Sequence record: SRR9188676_2407
Length of the DNA stretch: 59,319 bases
Direction: 5' to 3' (one strand)
Part shown: piece after piece, positions 27,846 through 36,525 of the stretch
Layout of the letters: the number at the start of each line of letters is the position of its first letter
Numbering within the stretch: position 1 is the stretch's first letter
Program-made: the position numbers and the translations under genes
Notes under the pieces: model-generated
What the model was told of the DNA's origin: nothing
What the model saw: only the letters and a program-made list of their open reading frames with translations
The model's database searches: none

Positions 27846-28817
27846 ATGCGAATTCTAACAGGCATACAAGCATCAGGCAGACCACATTTAGGGAATGTTC
27901 TGGGTGCCATTCGTCCAGCCATCGAATTATCAAAAAATCCAGCCAATGAATCTTTTTTATTCATTGCTGATTTGCATACGCTTACTTCATTAAAAGATGG
28001 CAAGCAACTTCGTGAAAATACTTATGCTATTGCTGCAGCTTGGTTAGCTTGCGGTTTTGATGCCGATAAGAATTTTTTCTATCGCCAATCAAAATTAGCA
28101 GGTTATCACACAGAATTAATGTGGTATTTAAGCTGTTTTACGCCATTTCCGATGTTGGCAAATGGACATAGTTTCAAAGAAAAATCTGAAAAATTAGCCA
28201 ATGTAAACGCTGGTTTATTTACTTATCCAGTTTTACAAGCTGCTGATATAATGCTTTATGATGCTCATTTGGTTCCAGTGGGTCGTGACCAACGCCAACA
28301 TCTTGAAATGACAAGAGATTTGGGCGGAGCTTTCAATAACCAATACGGCGAAAATACACTGGTAATTCCTGAAGCAAAAATTGACGAAACAGTGATGGTG
28401 ATTCCCGGAACTGATGGACAAAAAATGTCAAAATCTTATGGAAATTACATTGATATTTTCTTAGATGAAAAAGAATTGTTGAAATCTGTAAAGAAGATTG
28501 TTACTGATGCTACTCCGTTGGAAGAACCTAAAAATCCCGAAACAGATAATGTTTTCAAACTTTATTCTTTAGTAGCAACTAACGATGAAATTGAAGAAAT
28601 GAAAGCAAATTACTTAGCAGGAGGTTACGGTTATGGACATGCAAAACAAGCTTTGCATCAAGTATTAGTACGTGAATTTGCCAAGGAAAGAGAATTGTTT
28701 AATTATTATATGAACAATACGAATGAGCTAGAACAAAAATTGCAAGAAGGAGAAGCCAAAGCTGCAATAATTGCTAAAGCGACAATGGAAAGAGTTCGTG
28801 AAAAAATGAATTTTTAA
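27846..28817 (+). CDS. trpS: Tryptophan--tRNA ligase
   Basis: HLGN (HIGH) and KMSKS motifs, YPVLQAADI, VPVG.DQ.QH. Confidence 0.98.
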   Translation: MRILTGIQASGRPHLGNVLGAIRPAIELSKNPANESFLFIADLHTLTSLKDGKQLRENTYAIAAAWLACGFDADKNFFYRQSKLAGYHTELMWYLSCFTPFPMLANGHSFKEKSEKLANVNAGLFTYPVLQAADIMLYDAHLVPVGRDQRQHLEMTRDLGGAFNNQYGENTLVIPEAKIDETVMVIPGTDGQKMSKSYGNYIDIFLDEKELLKSVKKIVTDATPLEEPKNPETDNVFKLYSLVATNDEIEEMKANYLAGGYGYGHAKQALHQVLVREFAKERELFNYYMNNTNELEQKLQEGEAKAAIIAKATMERVREKMNF

Positions 28818-28836
28818 AGGCATAAAAATAATTCTG

Positions 28837-29397
28837 ATGAATCAACTTGACACAGAAGTATTTTTATGGCTTAATTCTTTGCATAACAATACTTTCGACC
28901 CAATAATGGCTTGGATTTCAGGACGAAATTCTTGGATTCCGCTTTATTTAGCAATCATTGGTTTAATTATTTGGCGATATAAAAAACAATCTTTTCCCAT
29001 GTTACTTACTATCATTGTAAGTGTAGCGTTGGCAGATCAGATTTGTTCATCGTTTTTTAAACCACTTGTCGAAAGGCTTCGTCCTTGCCATGAACCAGCC
29101 ATTCAACATTTAGTACATGTTGTTGGCAATTGTGGCGGACAATTTGGCTTTTGTTCATCACACGCTGCCAATTCTTTTACTTTGGCAATGAGCCTTTTAT
29201 TGTTAGTTGGCAAAGAATATACTTGGGTTAAATATCTTTTTGTATGGGCAATAATTGTTTCGTATAGTCGTATTTATGTTGGTGTTCATTATCCGCTTGA
29301 TGTATTAGCTGGTGCTGGAGTAGGCGTTTTGTCGGCATTTATTTCTTTTAAAATTTACCAATTCTATTTATCTAAAAATGTTCATGAAGTTTCATAA
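28837..29397 (+). CDS. PAP2-family phosphatase
   Basis: K...R.RP, SSHAAN, SRIYVGVHYP.D. Confidence 0.92.
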   Translation: MNQLDTEVFLWLNSLHNNTFDPIMAWISGRNSWIPLYLAIIGLIIWRYKKQSFPMLLTIIVSVALADQICSSFFKPLVERLRPCHEPAIQHLVHVVGNCGGQFGFCSSHAANSFTLAMSLLLLVGKEYTWVKYLFVWAIIVSYSRIYVGVHYPLDVLAGAGVGVLSAFISFKIYQFYLSKNVHEVS

Positions 29398-29815
29398 ATT
29401 ATTGCCTTTACTTTTTTTGTTGTGTTCCTTTAAAAGTAATGACGGTTCAGAAGAAATAGTAGGAATGTGGTTTACGCAGGATAAAGCATCTAAAATTCAA
29501 ATTTTCAAACACGATAATCAGTATTTTGGAAAAATTGTATGGCTGAAATCTCCTCTTATCAATGGGAAAGCTATTGTAGATGAAAAAAATCCAGAAGAAA
29601 AACTTCGTTCAAGAGCGGTTTTAGGCTTGTCAATTTTTAACAGATTTGTTTTTGAAGGAAATAACAGCTGGACGAAGGGAGAAATTTATGATGTGAGAAC
29701 TGGAAGAACTGTTTCTGGAAAACTATCACTGAAAAATAAAAATACTTTAGATGTTAGAGGATTTCTGGGGAATCCAATTTTTGGAAAAACTGTAACACTA
29801 ATAAGAGCAGAGTAA
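29384..29815 (+). CDS. DUF2147 family exported protein
   Basis: G.W.T, YFGKIVWL, D.KNP...LRSR..LGL, G.IYD...G, L.VRG..G...GKT. Confidence 0.85.
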   Translation: MKFHKLLPLLFLLCSFKSNDGSEEIVGMWFTQDKASKIQIFKHDNQYFGKIVWLKSPLINGKAIVDEKNPEEKLRSRAVLGLSIFNRFVFEGNNSWTKGEIYDVRTGRTVSGKLSLKNKNTLDVRGFLGNPIFGKTVTLIRAE

Positions 29816-29816
29816 A

Positions 29817-29863
29817 AATAAAAAAGAGTACTCATTGATTTTGAAATGAGTACTCTTTTTATT
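29817..29863. terminator. Bidirectional terminator
   Basis: AAAAAGAGTACTCATT...AATGAGTACTCTTTTT between convergent genes. Confidence 0.85.
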
Positions 29864-30885
29864 TAATCATTCAGCGATAATAAGAACAACATCGTATCTA
29901 CACCATCTGCATAATCCCAAAGTTTGGGTTTTTGCGTTTCTCCGAAAGGAATACTTCCTTCAAACCAAGCTTCTTTTGAAACAATACATTGAATTTTATC
30001 TGTATTTGCGCTGATTTTTTGTGATAAATCTTCCTCGTTTTGATACACTTCATAAAAAATAACAGAAATAGGAGAGACCAAAGAATCATTTTCTGTTAAA
30101 ATCAAAAAGCCATTATCGTAATGATGCACTTGGTTGACCAAATAAATAGATTTATTATAGTCGTAATTATTTTTATACTTATTATGATAGAAAATATCAC
30201 CAAGCGATTCAATACTATCATAGAAATTTACGAAATCGTAATCTTGCGGAACGTAAAATTTAGAAATGTTTCTACAACCTAAACCATAATAGTCAGTAAT
30301 GTCTTTACCAAGATTTAAAAAATCATCTTCCGTTTCATTACTATTTAATATGGCTACAGAACTTCTATTTTGTCTGATGATATGTGGCTTATTCCTGAAG
30401 TAATATTCAAAATAACGAGCTGAATTATCAGAACCTGTAGCAATTAAAGCATCAACTTCGTTCATTTTCTCGCTAATTCTAATTCCTAAAGCTGGATTAA
30501 TTTCCAGTAATTTTTCAATCAAAGCCAACATTAAAACAGAATCCTGCGAACTTACTTTAGCCACACATTCATGTCCTGAAATAACCACGGTCAACAAATC
30601 ATGAAACCCGACTGCTGGAATGTTTCCAGCCATTATTACTCCAATACTTTTAATAATTTGTGGTCTGTCTGGGATTTCGTATAAACCAGCCCACCTTTCC
30701 AACAAATTCCTATCCAAATAAAAATCAGCAATTGATTGTATAGATTTTCTGGTATTTTCTAGTGTAAACCAATTGTTTTGATGTGAAGCCCTATCTGCCC
30801 ATTCCTCAATTACTGATTGATTGTCTTCGTTTTTTAGAAAATCTCCTAAGTTTACGAATGCGTCAATTCTTGCTTGTAAATCCAT
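29863..30885 (-). CDS. LuxC-like acyl-CoA reductase
   Basis: GVIMAGNIP.VGFHD, IATGS.NS.RYF, GLGCRN, DYADGVDT. Confidence 0.88.
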   Translation of the reverse strand: MDLQARIDAFVNLGDFLKNEDNQSVIEEWADRASHQNNWFTLENTRKSIQSIADFYLDRNLLERWAGLYEIPDRPQIIKSIGVIMAGNIPAVGFHDLLTVVISGHECVAKVSSQDSVLMLALIEKLLEINPALGIRISEKMNEVDALIATGSDNSARYFEYYFRNKPHIIRQNRSSVAILNSNETEDDFLNLGKDITDYYGLGCRNISKFYVPQDYDFVNFYDSIESLGDIFYHNKYKNNYDYNKSIYLVNQVHHYDNGFLILTENDSLVSPISVIFYEVYQNEEDLSQKISANTDKIQCIVSKEAWFEGSIPFGETQKPKLWDYADGVDTMLFLLSLND

Positions 30886-31075
30886 TTTTTGTAATTTTTT
30901 ACAAATTTACAGAAATCCTTTGAAATATTTTTTTTCAATAGTCTTTAAACTTTATAGGCTATTCAAGGTTTAACTGTTAATTTTGTGAATGATTTAAGGA
31001 AATTCAATGTTTTGGATTCTGACAGAGGTATTAAATCAATTTTAAGAAAGCATATACAATTAAAAAGAAGTTTTT

Positions 31076-31423
31076 ATGGCAATTATCATAACCGAAGAAT
31101 GCATCAATTGCGGTGCTTGCGAGCCAGAATGCCCTAATACAGCAATTTATGAAGGTGGTGTTGAATGGACTTGGGCTGGAGGAACCAAATTAGTGGACGT
31201 TGAGTTAGAAGACGGTTCTGTTATTGGAGGGAAAGACCCAATGACACCCATTTCAGATGAATTTTATTACATCGTTTCAGATAAATGTACTGAATGTATG
31301 GGCTTCCATGAAGAGCCTCAATGTGCTGCTGTTTGTCCAGTAGATTGTTGCGTTCCTGATCCAGACCATGAAGAAGACGAAGAAACACTTTATGCGAAAA
31401 AGGCATGGTTACACGCTGAATAG
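31076..31423 (+). CDS. 2x[4Fe-4S] ferredoxin
   Basis: [12 protein letters not shown] and CTECMG...[10 protein letters not shown]. Confidence 0.95.
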   Translation: MAIIITEECINCGACEPECPNTAIYEGGVEWTWAGGTKLVDVELEDGSVIGGKDPMTPISDEFYYIVSDKCTECMGFHEEPQCAAVCPVDCCVPDPDHEEDEETLYAKKAWLHAE

Positions 31424-31442
31424 TTAATTTTCCAATCATTTC

Positions 31443-31477
31443 AAAGCCCTGATTTAGTAATAAGTCAGGGCTTTTTT
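31443..31477 (+). terminator. Intrinsic terminator
   Basis: AAAGCCCTGATTTA...TAAGTCAGGGCTTTTTT. Confidence 0.85.
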
Positions 31478-31752
31478 GTTGGAAAAATTATATTTTTTCT
31501 GGATATTTTACTTTAAGAATATTTGGTTTTTGGTCGATATTTCAGAATATGTTAAAAATGAACTTGTTGATTAAAAATATTGACTTTATTTTGAGATATA
31601 TGGTTTAAATTATGCCTGTTTTGTACTATTTTTTGAAAAAAAGCCCAAAATAGGTTAAAAATTTGCACATAAAATTTGGAATAGTAAATATTACCTATAA
31701 TATTTGCAATGTAATCAAGCATTAATATTTAAACATTCAACCAAAGATTATT

Positions 31753-32880
31753 ATGAAAAAAACCTTAATCACGTTATTTTCTTTGTTTTTAGCAGTTCCT
31801 GCATTTTCTCAAGATAAGGAGGAAGACAAAGGTAAGTTTACTTTCTCTGGGTACATTGATTCTTACTACTTAGCAAACTTCAATAACCCTAGAGATATGA
31901 AAAACACAGGTGCATCTGGAACAGCTAGAGCATTTGATCAAAAAACTGGATTTTCATTGGGTCTTGTTCAAACTAAAATTGGATATGCAACAGCTAAGTC
32001 TGATGTAGTTGTTGACTTGGCATTCGGTCCAAACGCTGACTTAGGTAACTACGGTAACGCATTGGGTCCATTAGGAAATGGTTCTTCTTTAGTTATCAAA
32101 CAAGCTTATTTCAACTGGAAGGCTACAGATAAATTAACATTGACTGCTGGTCAGTTTGGTACACACATCGGTTATGAAGTAATTGATGCTCCAGTAAACT
32201 ATCACTACTCACTTTCAAACTTGTTCAACAATGGTCCATTCTACCATGTTGGTGTTAAGGCAGCTTACGCAGTATCTGATAAATTTGCTTTAATGGGCGG
32301 TATTGTAAATGGTGTTGACCAACTTTACAGCAACAACGAGAAACCAGGTTTAATTGCTCAAGTATTTGTTCAACCAGTTAGCGGATGGAACGTTTATGTA
32401 AACGGAATCACTGCAAACCGTAATACTAAAGATGCAACTACTGGTACTACAGATGCTGGAACATACAATTTGTTAGATTTGTCAACTACTTATCAAGTAA
32501 CTGAGAAATTCTTGTTAGGTTTAAACGCAGCAACTGGTAAGCAAAACTACGCTGCTGGTGATGGCAAAACTTGGGGAGGATTTGCAGTATATCCAAAATA
32601 TGATTTTACAAGTACATTCAGCTTAGGTGCTAGATATGAATCTTTCTCTAACACAAATGCTGTTACTGGTCTTGTAATAACAAATACAGATGGTTCTAAA
32701 ACAGGTGTAACAGTAAATTCATTCACTATTACTCCATCTTTCACTGTAGCTGACGGTCATTTATTATTGAAACCAGAATTCAGAGTTGATTCTTTCGACA
32801 AAAACTTCTTTGTAGATGGTGATGGTAAAGATACTAAATCTCAATCTACCTTTACTTGGGCAATGATTTATAAGTTTTAA
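31753..32880 (+). CDS. Outer-membrane beta-barrel porin (BBP2/DUF1597-like)
   Basis: Signal peptide; FSGYIDSYY, GQFGTHIGYEVID..N.HYS.S.LF..GPF; C-terminal YKF. Confidence 0.85.
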   Translation: MKKTLITLFSLFLAVPAFSQDKEEDKGKFTFSGYIDSYYLANFNNPRDMKNTGASGTARAFDQKTGFSLGLVQTKIGYATAKSDVVVDLAFGPNADLGNYGNALGPLGNGSSLVIKQAYFNWKATDKLTLTAGQFGTHIGYEVIDAPVNYHYSLSNLFNNGPFYHVGVKAAYAVSDKFALMGGIVNGVDQLYSNNEKPGLIAQVFVQPVSGWNVYVNGITANRNTKDATTGTTDAGTYNLLDLSTTYQVTEKFLLGLNAATGKQNYAAGDGKTWGGFAVYPKYDFTSTFSLGARYESFSNTNAVTGLVITNTDGSKTGVTVNSFTITPSFTVADGHLLLKPEFRVDSFDKNFFVDGDGKDTKSQSTFTWAMIYKF

Positions 32881-32889
32881 TGATAATTT

Positions 32890-32926
32890 TACTCATAATC
32901 AGCTATATCGTAGCTGATTATGAGTA
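32890..32926 (+). other. Intercistronic hairpin between porin and amtB (stability/processing element)
   Basis: TACTCATAATCAGCTA-TATCG-TAGCTGATTATGAGTA, a 16-bp perfect stem without a U-tract. Confidence 0.7.
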
Positions 32927-32977
32927 GTTTAGTTTCTGTAAACAATTCCATAATAAACCCCTAAAACACTAATCACA

Positions 32978-34315
32978 ATGACACAAAAACCAACATTTAT
33001 TCCAATTCTTATTTTGCTTATTATCGCTATTGCAGCGGCTTTTGTTCCTGCTCCGGGTGCTGCAGTAACAGAAGGCATTGATACAGGTGATACTGCTTGG
33101 ATGCTAGTATCTTCTGGTTTAGTATTATTAATGACACCAGGTTTGGCTTACTTCTACGGAGGTATGGTTAACCACAAAAACGTAATTTCAACGATGTTGC
33201 AATCTTTCATTGCAATGGGTGTTATTACTGTAATCTGGGTAGTATTTGGTTTCAGTTTAGCTTTCGGTGATACTATCGGTGGTTTTGTTGGTAACCCAAC
33301 TACTTTCTTCATGTTCCAAGGAGTATTTGATGGTAAGCCTTGGCCATTAGCAGCTACAATTCCATTTGCATTGTTTGCATTTTTCCAAATGAAGTTCGCT
33401 GTAATTACACCAGCGCTTATTTCTGGTGCTTTAGCTGAACGTATTAACTTCCGTGCATTTGTATTGTTTATGGTGCTTTTCTGTGTAGTAGTCTATGCTC
33501 CATTAGCACACTGGACTTGGCATCCAGAAGGTTGGTTGTTCAAATATGGTGTTCTTGACTTCGCTGGTGGTACTGTTGTACACATGAGTGCTGGTTGGGC
33601 TGCTTTAGCTGGTGCATTATACTTGAAACGTCGTAAATCACATGTTGAAGCGAACATTCTTCCTCCAGCAAATATTCCTTACGTATTATTAGGTACTGGT
33701 TTACTTTGGTTCGGTTGGTTTGGTTTCAATGCTGGTTCAGCAGTAGGTGCTAGTCCATTAGCAGTATCAGCTTTCGCAACTACTCACGTAGCGGCAGCTT
33801 CTGCAGGTCTTTCTTGGATTTTATTTGATGTAACTCGTGGTCGTAAAGTATCTGCTTTAGGTTTCAGTATTGGTGCGGTTGTAGGTTTAGTAGCTATTAC
33901 TCCTGCTTCTGGTTTTGTTTCTGTAACAGCTGCTATTACTATCGGTACTATTGCAGCGATTATTTCAAACATTGCAGCACACTGGAGAGCAAATTCTAAA
34001 TTAGATGATACTTTAGATGTATTCCCTTGCCATGGTGTAGGTGGTATGGTAGGTATGGTAATGACAGGTTTGTTTGCTTCTAAAGCTGTTAACGGAGCTG
34101 TTGTTGATACTGAACAAGGTTTGTTTATTACTGGAGACCCTGCTTTATTTATCAAGCACTTAGTAGCTCTTGTAGTTGTTTCAGCTTTCGCATTTGGTCT
34201 TTCATATTTCTTATTATTCATTACAGATAAAATTATTCCATTACGTGTAACTGAAGAAGAAGAAAGAGTTGGTTTAGATATTTCTCAACACGATGAATTC
34301 ATTGCTGAAGCATAA
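32978..34315 (+). CDS. amtB: Ammonium transporter AmtB
   Basis: LMTPGLAYFYGG, FQMKFA, DFAGGTVVH, LWFGWFGFNAGS, DDTLDVF..HG.GG. Confidence 0.97.
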   Translation: MTQKPTFIPILILLIIAIAAAFVPAPGAAVTEGIDTGDTAWMLVSSGLVLLMTPGLAYFYGGMVNHKNVISTMLQSFIAMGVITVIWVVFGFSLAFGDTIGGFVGNPTTFFMFQGVFDGKPWPLAATIPFALFAFFQMKFAVITPALISGALAERINFRAFVLFMVLFCVVVYAPLAHWTWHPEGWLFKYGVLDFAGGTVVHMSAGWAALAGALYLKRRKSHVEANILPPANIPYVLLGTGLLWFGWFGFNAGSAVGASPLAVSAFATTHVAAASAGLSWILFDVTRGRKVSALGFSIGAVVGLVAITPASGFVSVTAAITIGTIAAIISNIAAHWRANSKLDDTLDVFPCHGVGGMVGMVMTGLFASKAVNGAVVDTEQGLFITGDPALFIKHLVALVVVSAFAFGLSYFLLFITDKIIPLRVTEEEERVGLDISQHDEFIAEA

Positions 34316-34329
34316 AATATTAAAACTTT

Positions 34330-34398
34330 ACCACAAGTAATGGTTCTTGTGGTTTTGTTTCAGAAGGAAAGTTGTCTGCTTATGGCGGGCAACTTTTT
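34330..34398 (+). ncRNA. Candidate small RNA copy 1 (amtB 3' UTR): hairpin, U-rich linker, terminator
   Basis: ACCACAAG-taatggtt-CTTGTGGT, TTTGTTT, then terminator AAAGTTGTCTGC/GCGGGCAACTTTTT. Confidence 0.6.
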
Positions 34399-34482
34399 AT
34401 ATTTTACAGGGAACTATATTGTTTCTTATCCCAATTTTTTATTAGCAACAATTCGCTAACGGCTTTTGTAAGAAATATTCAA

Positions 34483-34490
34483 TATCTTTG
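34483..34490 (+). promoter_or_regulatory. Bacteroidota -7 promoter driving sRNA copy 2
   Basis: Perfect TATCTTTG two nt before the hairpin; no ORF between it and the terminator. Confidence 0.7.
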
Positions 34491-34492
34491 TG

Positions 34493-34564
34493 AACCACAA
34501 GTTTGGTTTCTTGTGGTTTTGTTTTGTTATAAGAAAGCCCTCAGATAATATTTGAGGGCTTTTT
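34493..34564 (+). ncRNA. Candidate small RNA copy 2 (about 70 nt, stand-alone)
   Basis: AACCACAAG-tttggttt-CTTGTGGTT, TTGTTTTGTTAT, then terminator AAAGCCCTCAGA...TTTGAGGGCTTTTT. Confidence 0.7.
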
Positions 34565-34592
34565 ACTCTTTAATAGCCCTAAAAAAAGGGCA

Positions 34593-34793
34593 ATGGCAGT
34601 AAAATGGCACTTAGATTTACAAAAAATGATTGAGGATAAATCAGAAAAGAAAAGTCACCTATTAGTACCACCATCATTAGTGAAATCCAGCGGAAAATCT
34701 GGATGATACATCAAATTTTGGGCTTATAATATGGATACTAAGGAAAAAAGTAGAGTCCGTATAAAAGTAAATTTCTCCCAACAGAACAGATAA
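34593..34793 (+). pseudogene. 5' remnant of a tyrosine integrase (N-terminal arm region) with an internal stop
   Basis: Manual translation MAVKWHLDLQKMIEDKSEKKSHLLVPPSLVKSSGKSG*YIKFWAYNMDTKEKSRVRIKVNFSQQNR*. The TGA at 34704 sits where Trp is expected in the WY(I/V)xF...R.R pattern of Bacteroidota integrases. Confidence 0.55.
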
Positions 34794-34796
34794 CAG

Positions 34797-34826
34797 AAAA
34801 AAAAATCCTGCTGATATGGCAGGATT
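34797..34826 (-). terminator. Intrinsic terminator of the 2TM-HEPN operon
   Basis: Hairpin AATCCTGC...GCAGGATT with a poly-A run on the left (U-tract on the minus strand). Confidence 0.75.
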
Positions 34827-34850
34827 AGGCAGTTATTTTGGCAATCAAGT

Positions 34851-35522
34851 CTATGAATGTGTTCGTACAATAAAGTTTGATACACCTTCAAACATTAATC
34901 TGACTTGTTCCTTTGAATATGAATTGTAATTCCCATGTGCGGCATTATTTCTTAGTCCAAGCCACGCTGTAACATTTTTTTGGTCTAATTTTGAATAAAT
35001 ATCAGAGGATGAAAACTCGCTATTAAGAGCTTCTGCTTTTTTTGGTATTTGTTTCCCATCTCTAATATTAAAAAACTCAATATCGTTTAAATCGCAAAGC
35101 TTGCGCAAATGTTGTTCAAGCACACTTCCTATCATAACAGCTGCGGGGTCTTTGTAATTTTCATCTAATAAATATTCTGCCATTTCTAAAAAATCTGTAA
35201 ATATTTCAGCAGAAATAAGATTCTTGGTTGAAAAATACCATCCATTTTCGATTTCATTTTTAGCTGCTTTTAAAATTCCCTTCCCAGTTTGAACATTGTC
35301 TATTTTATTTTCTTTCACTTCTTTATCAAATTCAAGAAAATAACTATGTTTAAATCCGAAAGTATTATTTAAAAGAGATAGACTAGAAGACCTATATTCT
35401 GCAAAAAGCTCACAGTCTACAAAACTTCCGAACATTCTCATGTGGTATTGAGAATCTATAACCTCATCAGCTTTTGAAATAAGAAATTCTAATCTTTTTA
35501 TTATCGTATCTATTTGTTTCAT
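34851..35522 (-). CDS. HEPN-domain (DUF4145-like) protein
   Basis: AAVMIGSVLEQHLRKL helix and C-terminal LRNNAAHG (RxxxxH) motif. Confidence 0.8.
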   Translation of the reverse strand: MKQIDTIIKRLEFLISKADEVIDSQYHMRMFGSFVDCELFAEYRSSSLSLLNNTFGFKHSYFLEFDKEVKENKIDNVQTGKGILKAAKNEIENGWYFSTKNLISAEIFTDFLEMAEYLLDENYKDPAAVMIGSVLEQHLRKLCDLNDIEFFNIRDGKQIPKKAEALNSEFSSSDIYSKLDQKNVTAWLGLRNNAAHGNYNSYSKEQVRLMFEGVSNFIVRTHS

Positions 35523-35549
35523 ATTATTTTATTCATAACAGTTAGCTTT

Positions 35550-36236
35550 TTAAGCTAGTAATGGTCTTTCATTAATTTTTATATGATAGAGACTAGCATC
35601 AATTTGTCTATCTTTCGGTAGGCATTCTATATAAAGTTTATTTAAATCTGTGATTATATTGGGGTATTTGGTTTCGATTGAATTTAAAAACAAGTATTTG
35701 AAAGATTCTGAAGAATAGGATTGAGTATTTGAATTATATAAACCTCCAAAAGCTTGATATGTTGGATTAAACTCTTCAAAAATATATATTATGTTTTTAA
35801 ACACTTTAAATACTTCAATGAGTTGTTGTTCATTATCAACCTTAAAATTATACTTCATTAGCATTTTAAAAAAAAACTTTTGTTTTGAGGGGAAAATTTC
35901 AAAGATTTTTGGGTCTTCTTTCTCTATCTTACTTAGTAATTGACTTATAATAGGCTTCCAATCATTATATGAATCTTGGAAATTTTTTTCTTGATTATTT
36001 TTTACAGCTAATTCCCAATTATTTACAGCAATTTTAGCAATTATCAGTGTTATTGCTAATCCTAAAAGAGACTGTAGTTTTATGAAATAATTAAGATAGC
36101 CAACAATCCCATTGAAGCTAATAGATAAATTATTACTAGTAAAAATAGAAATATGTACAAGTAGAAGTGATAATCCTGAAAGACTAATAACTATCCAATA
36201 GATTACAGTAAATATTTTTTTATTAATATCATTCAT
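35550..36236 (-). CDS. Hypothetical protein with two N-terminal TM helices and a soluble C-terminal domain
   Basis: Hydrophobic segments at about aa 8-32 and 55-72; very AT-rich; 27 bp upstream of the HEPN gene. Confidence 0.75.
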   Translation of the reverse strand: MNDINKKIFTVIYWIVISLSGLSLLLVHISIFTSNNLSISFNGIVGYLNYFIKLQSLLGLAITLIIAKIAVNNWELAVKNNQEKNFQDSYNDWKPIISQLLSKIEKEDPKIFEIFPSKQKFFFKMLMKYNFKVDNEQQLIEVFKVFKNIIYIFEEFNPTYQAFGGLYNSNTQSYSSESFKYLFLNSIETKYPNIITDLNKLYIECLPKDRQIDASLYHIKINERPLLA

Positions 36237-36257
36237 CTGACTAATGGTTTATATTTC

Positions 36258-36404
36258 TTAAAACGGCAATCTCAGCGTTTTCTGAAACTCATGAGCCTTA
36301 CCTTGATTTTTCCTCAAGGTAATAATTTCTTTGCCAAAAACTTTCTGTAAATACTCAAAATCTTTTTGTTCAGCATCAATATTTGCAAATTCTTGGAGAT
36401 CTTT
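36258..36404 (-). pseudogene. 3' remnant of a phage-type gene (possibly GREB1/TET-associated glycosyltransferase C-terminus)
   Basis: Start-less frame KDLQEFANIDAEQKDFEYLQKVFGKEIITLRKNQGKAHEFQKTLRLPF* ends 21 bp before the next gene. The family guess is from memory of similar C-termini. Confidence 0.4.
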
Positions 36405-36525
36405 TTAATCATAAATCTGATACTTTTATGATTATGTGATCCTAAAAAAGGCTTTTTATGTTTTAATTAGTAAATTAGTCCTGATTAAAATCATTAGACC
36501 TATCAATAAGTATAAATATCATAAA

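Noticed and set aside
29863-30885. Bioluminescence (lux) operon
   Set aside because: Only a LuxC-like reductase is present, without luxAB/DE; its pairing with ferredoxin looks like ordinary Bacteroidota gene order.
34330-34564. Two-repeat mini-CRISPR or attL/attR pair
   Set aside because: Each unit has its own terminator and copy 2 has a promoter. The spacing is too long for CRISPR, and both copies lie on the same side of the island.
35550-36236. Retron (Ec48-like 2TM effector) system
   Set aside because: The 2TM layout is reminiscent, but there is no reverse transcriptase or msr-msd in the window.
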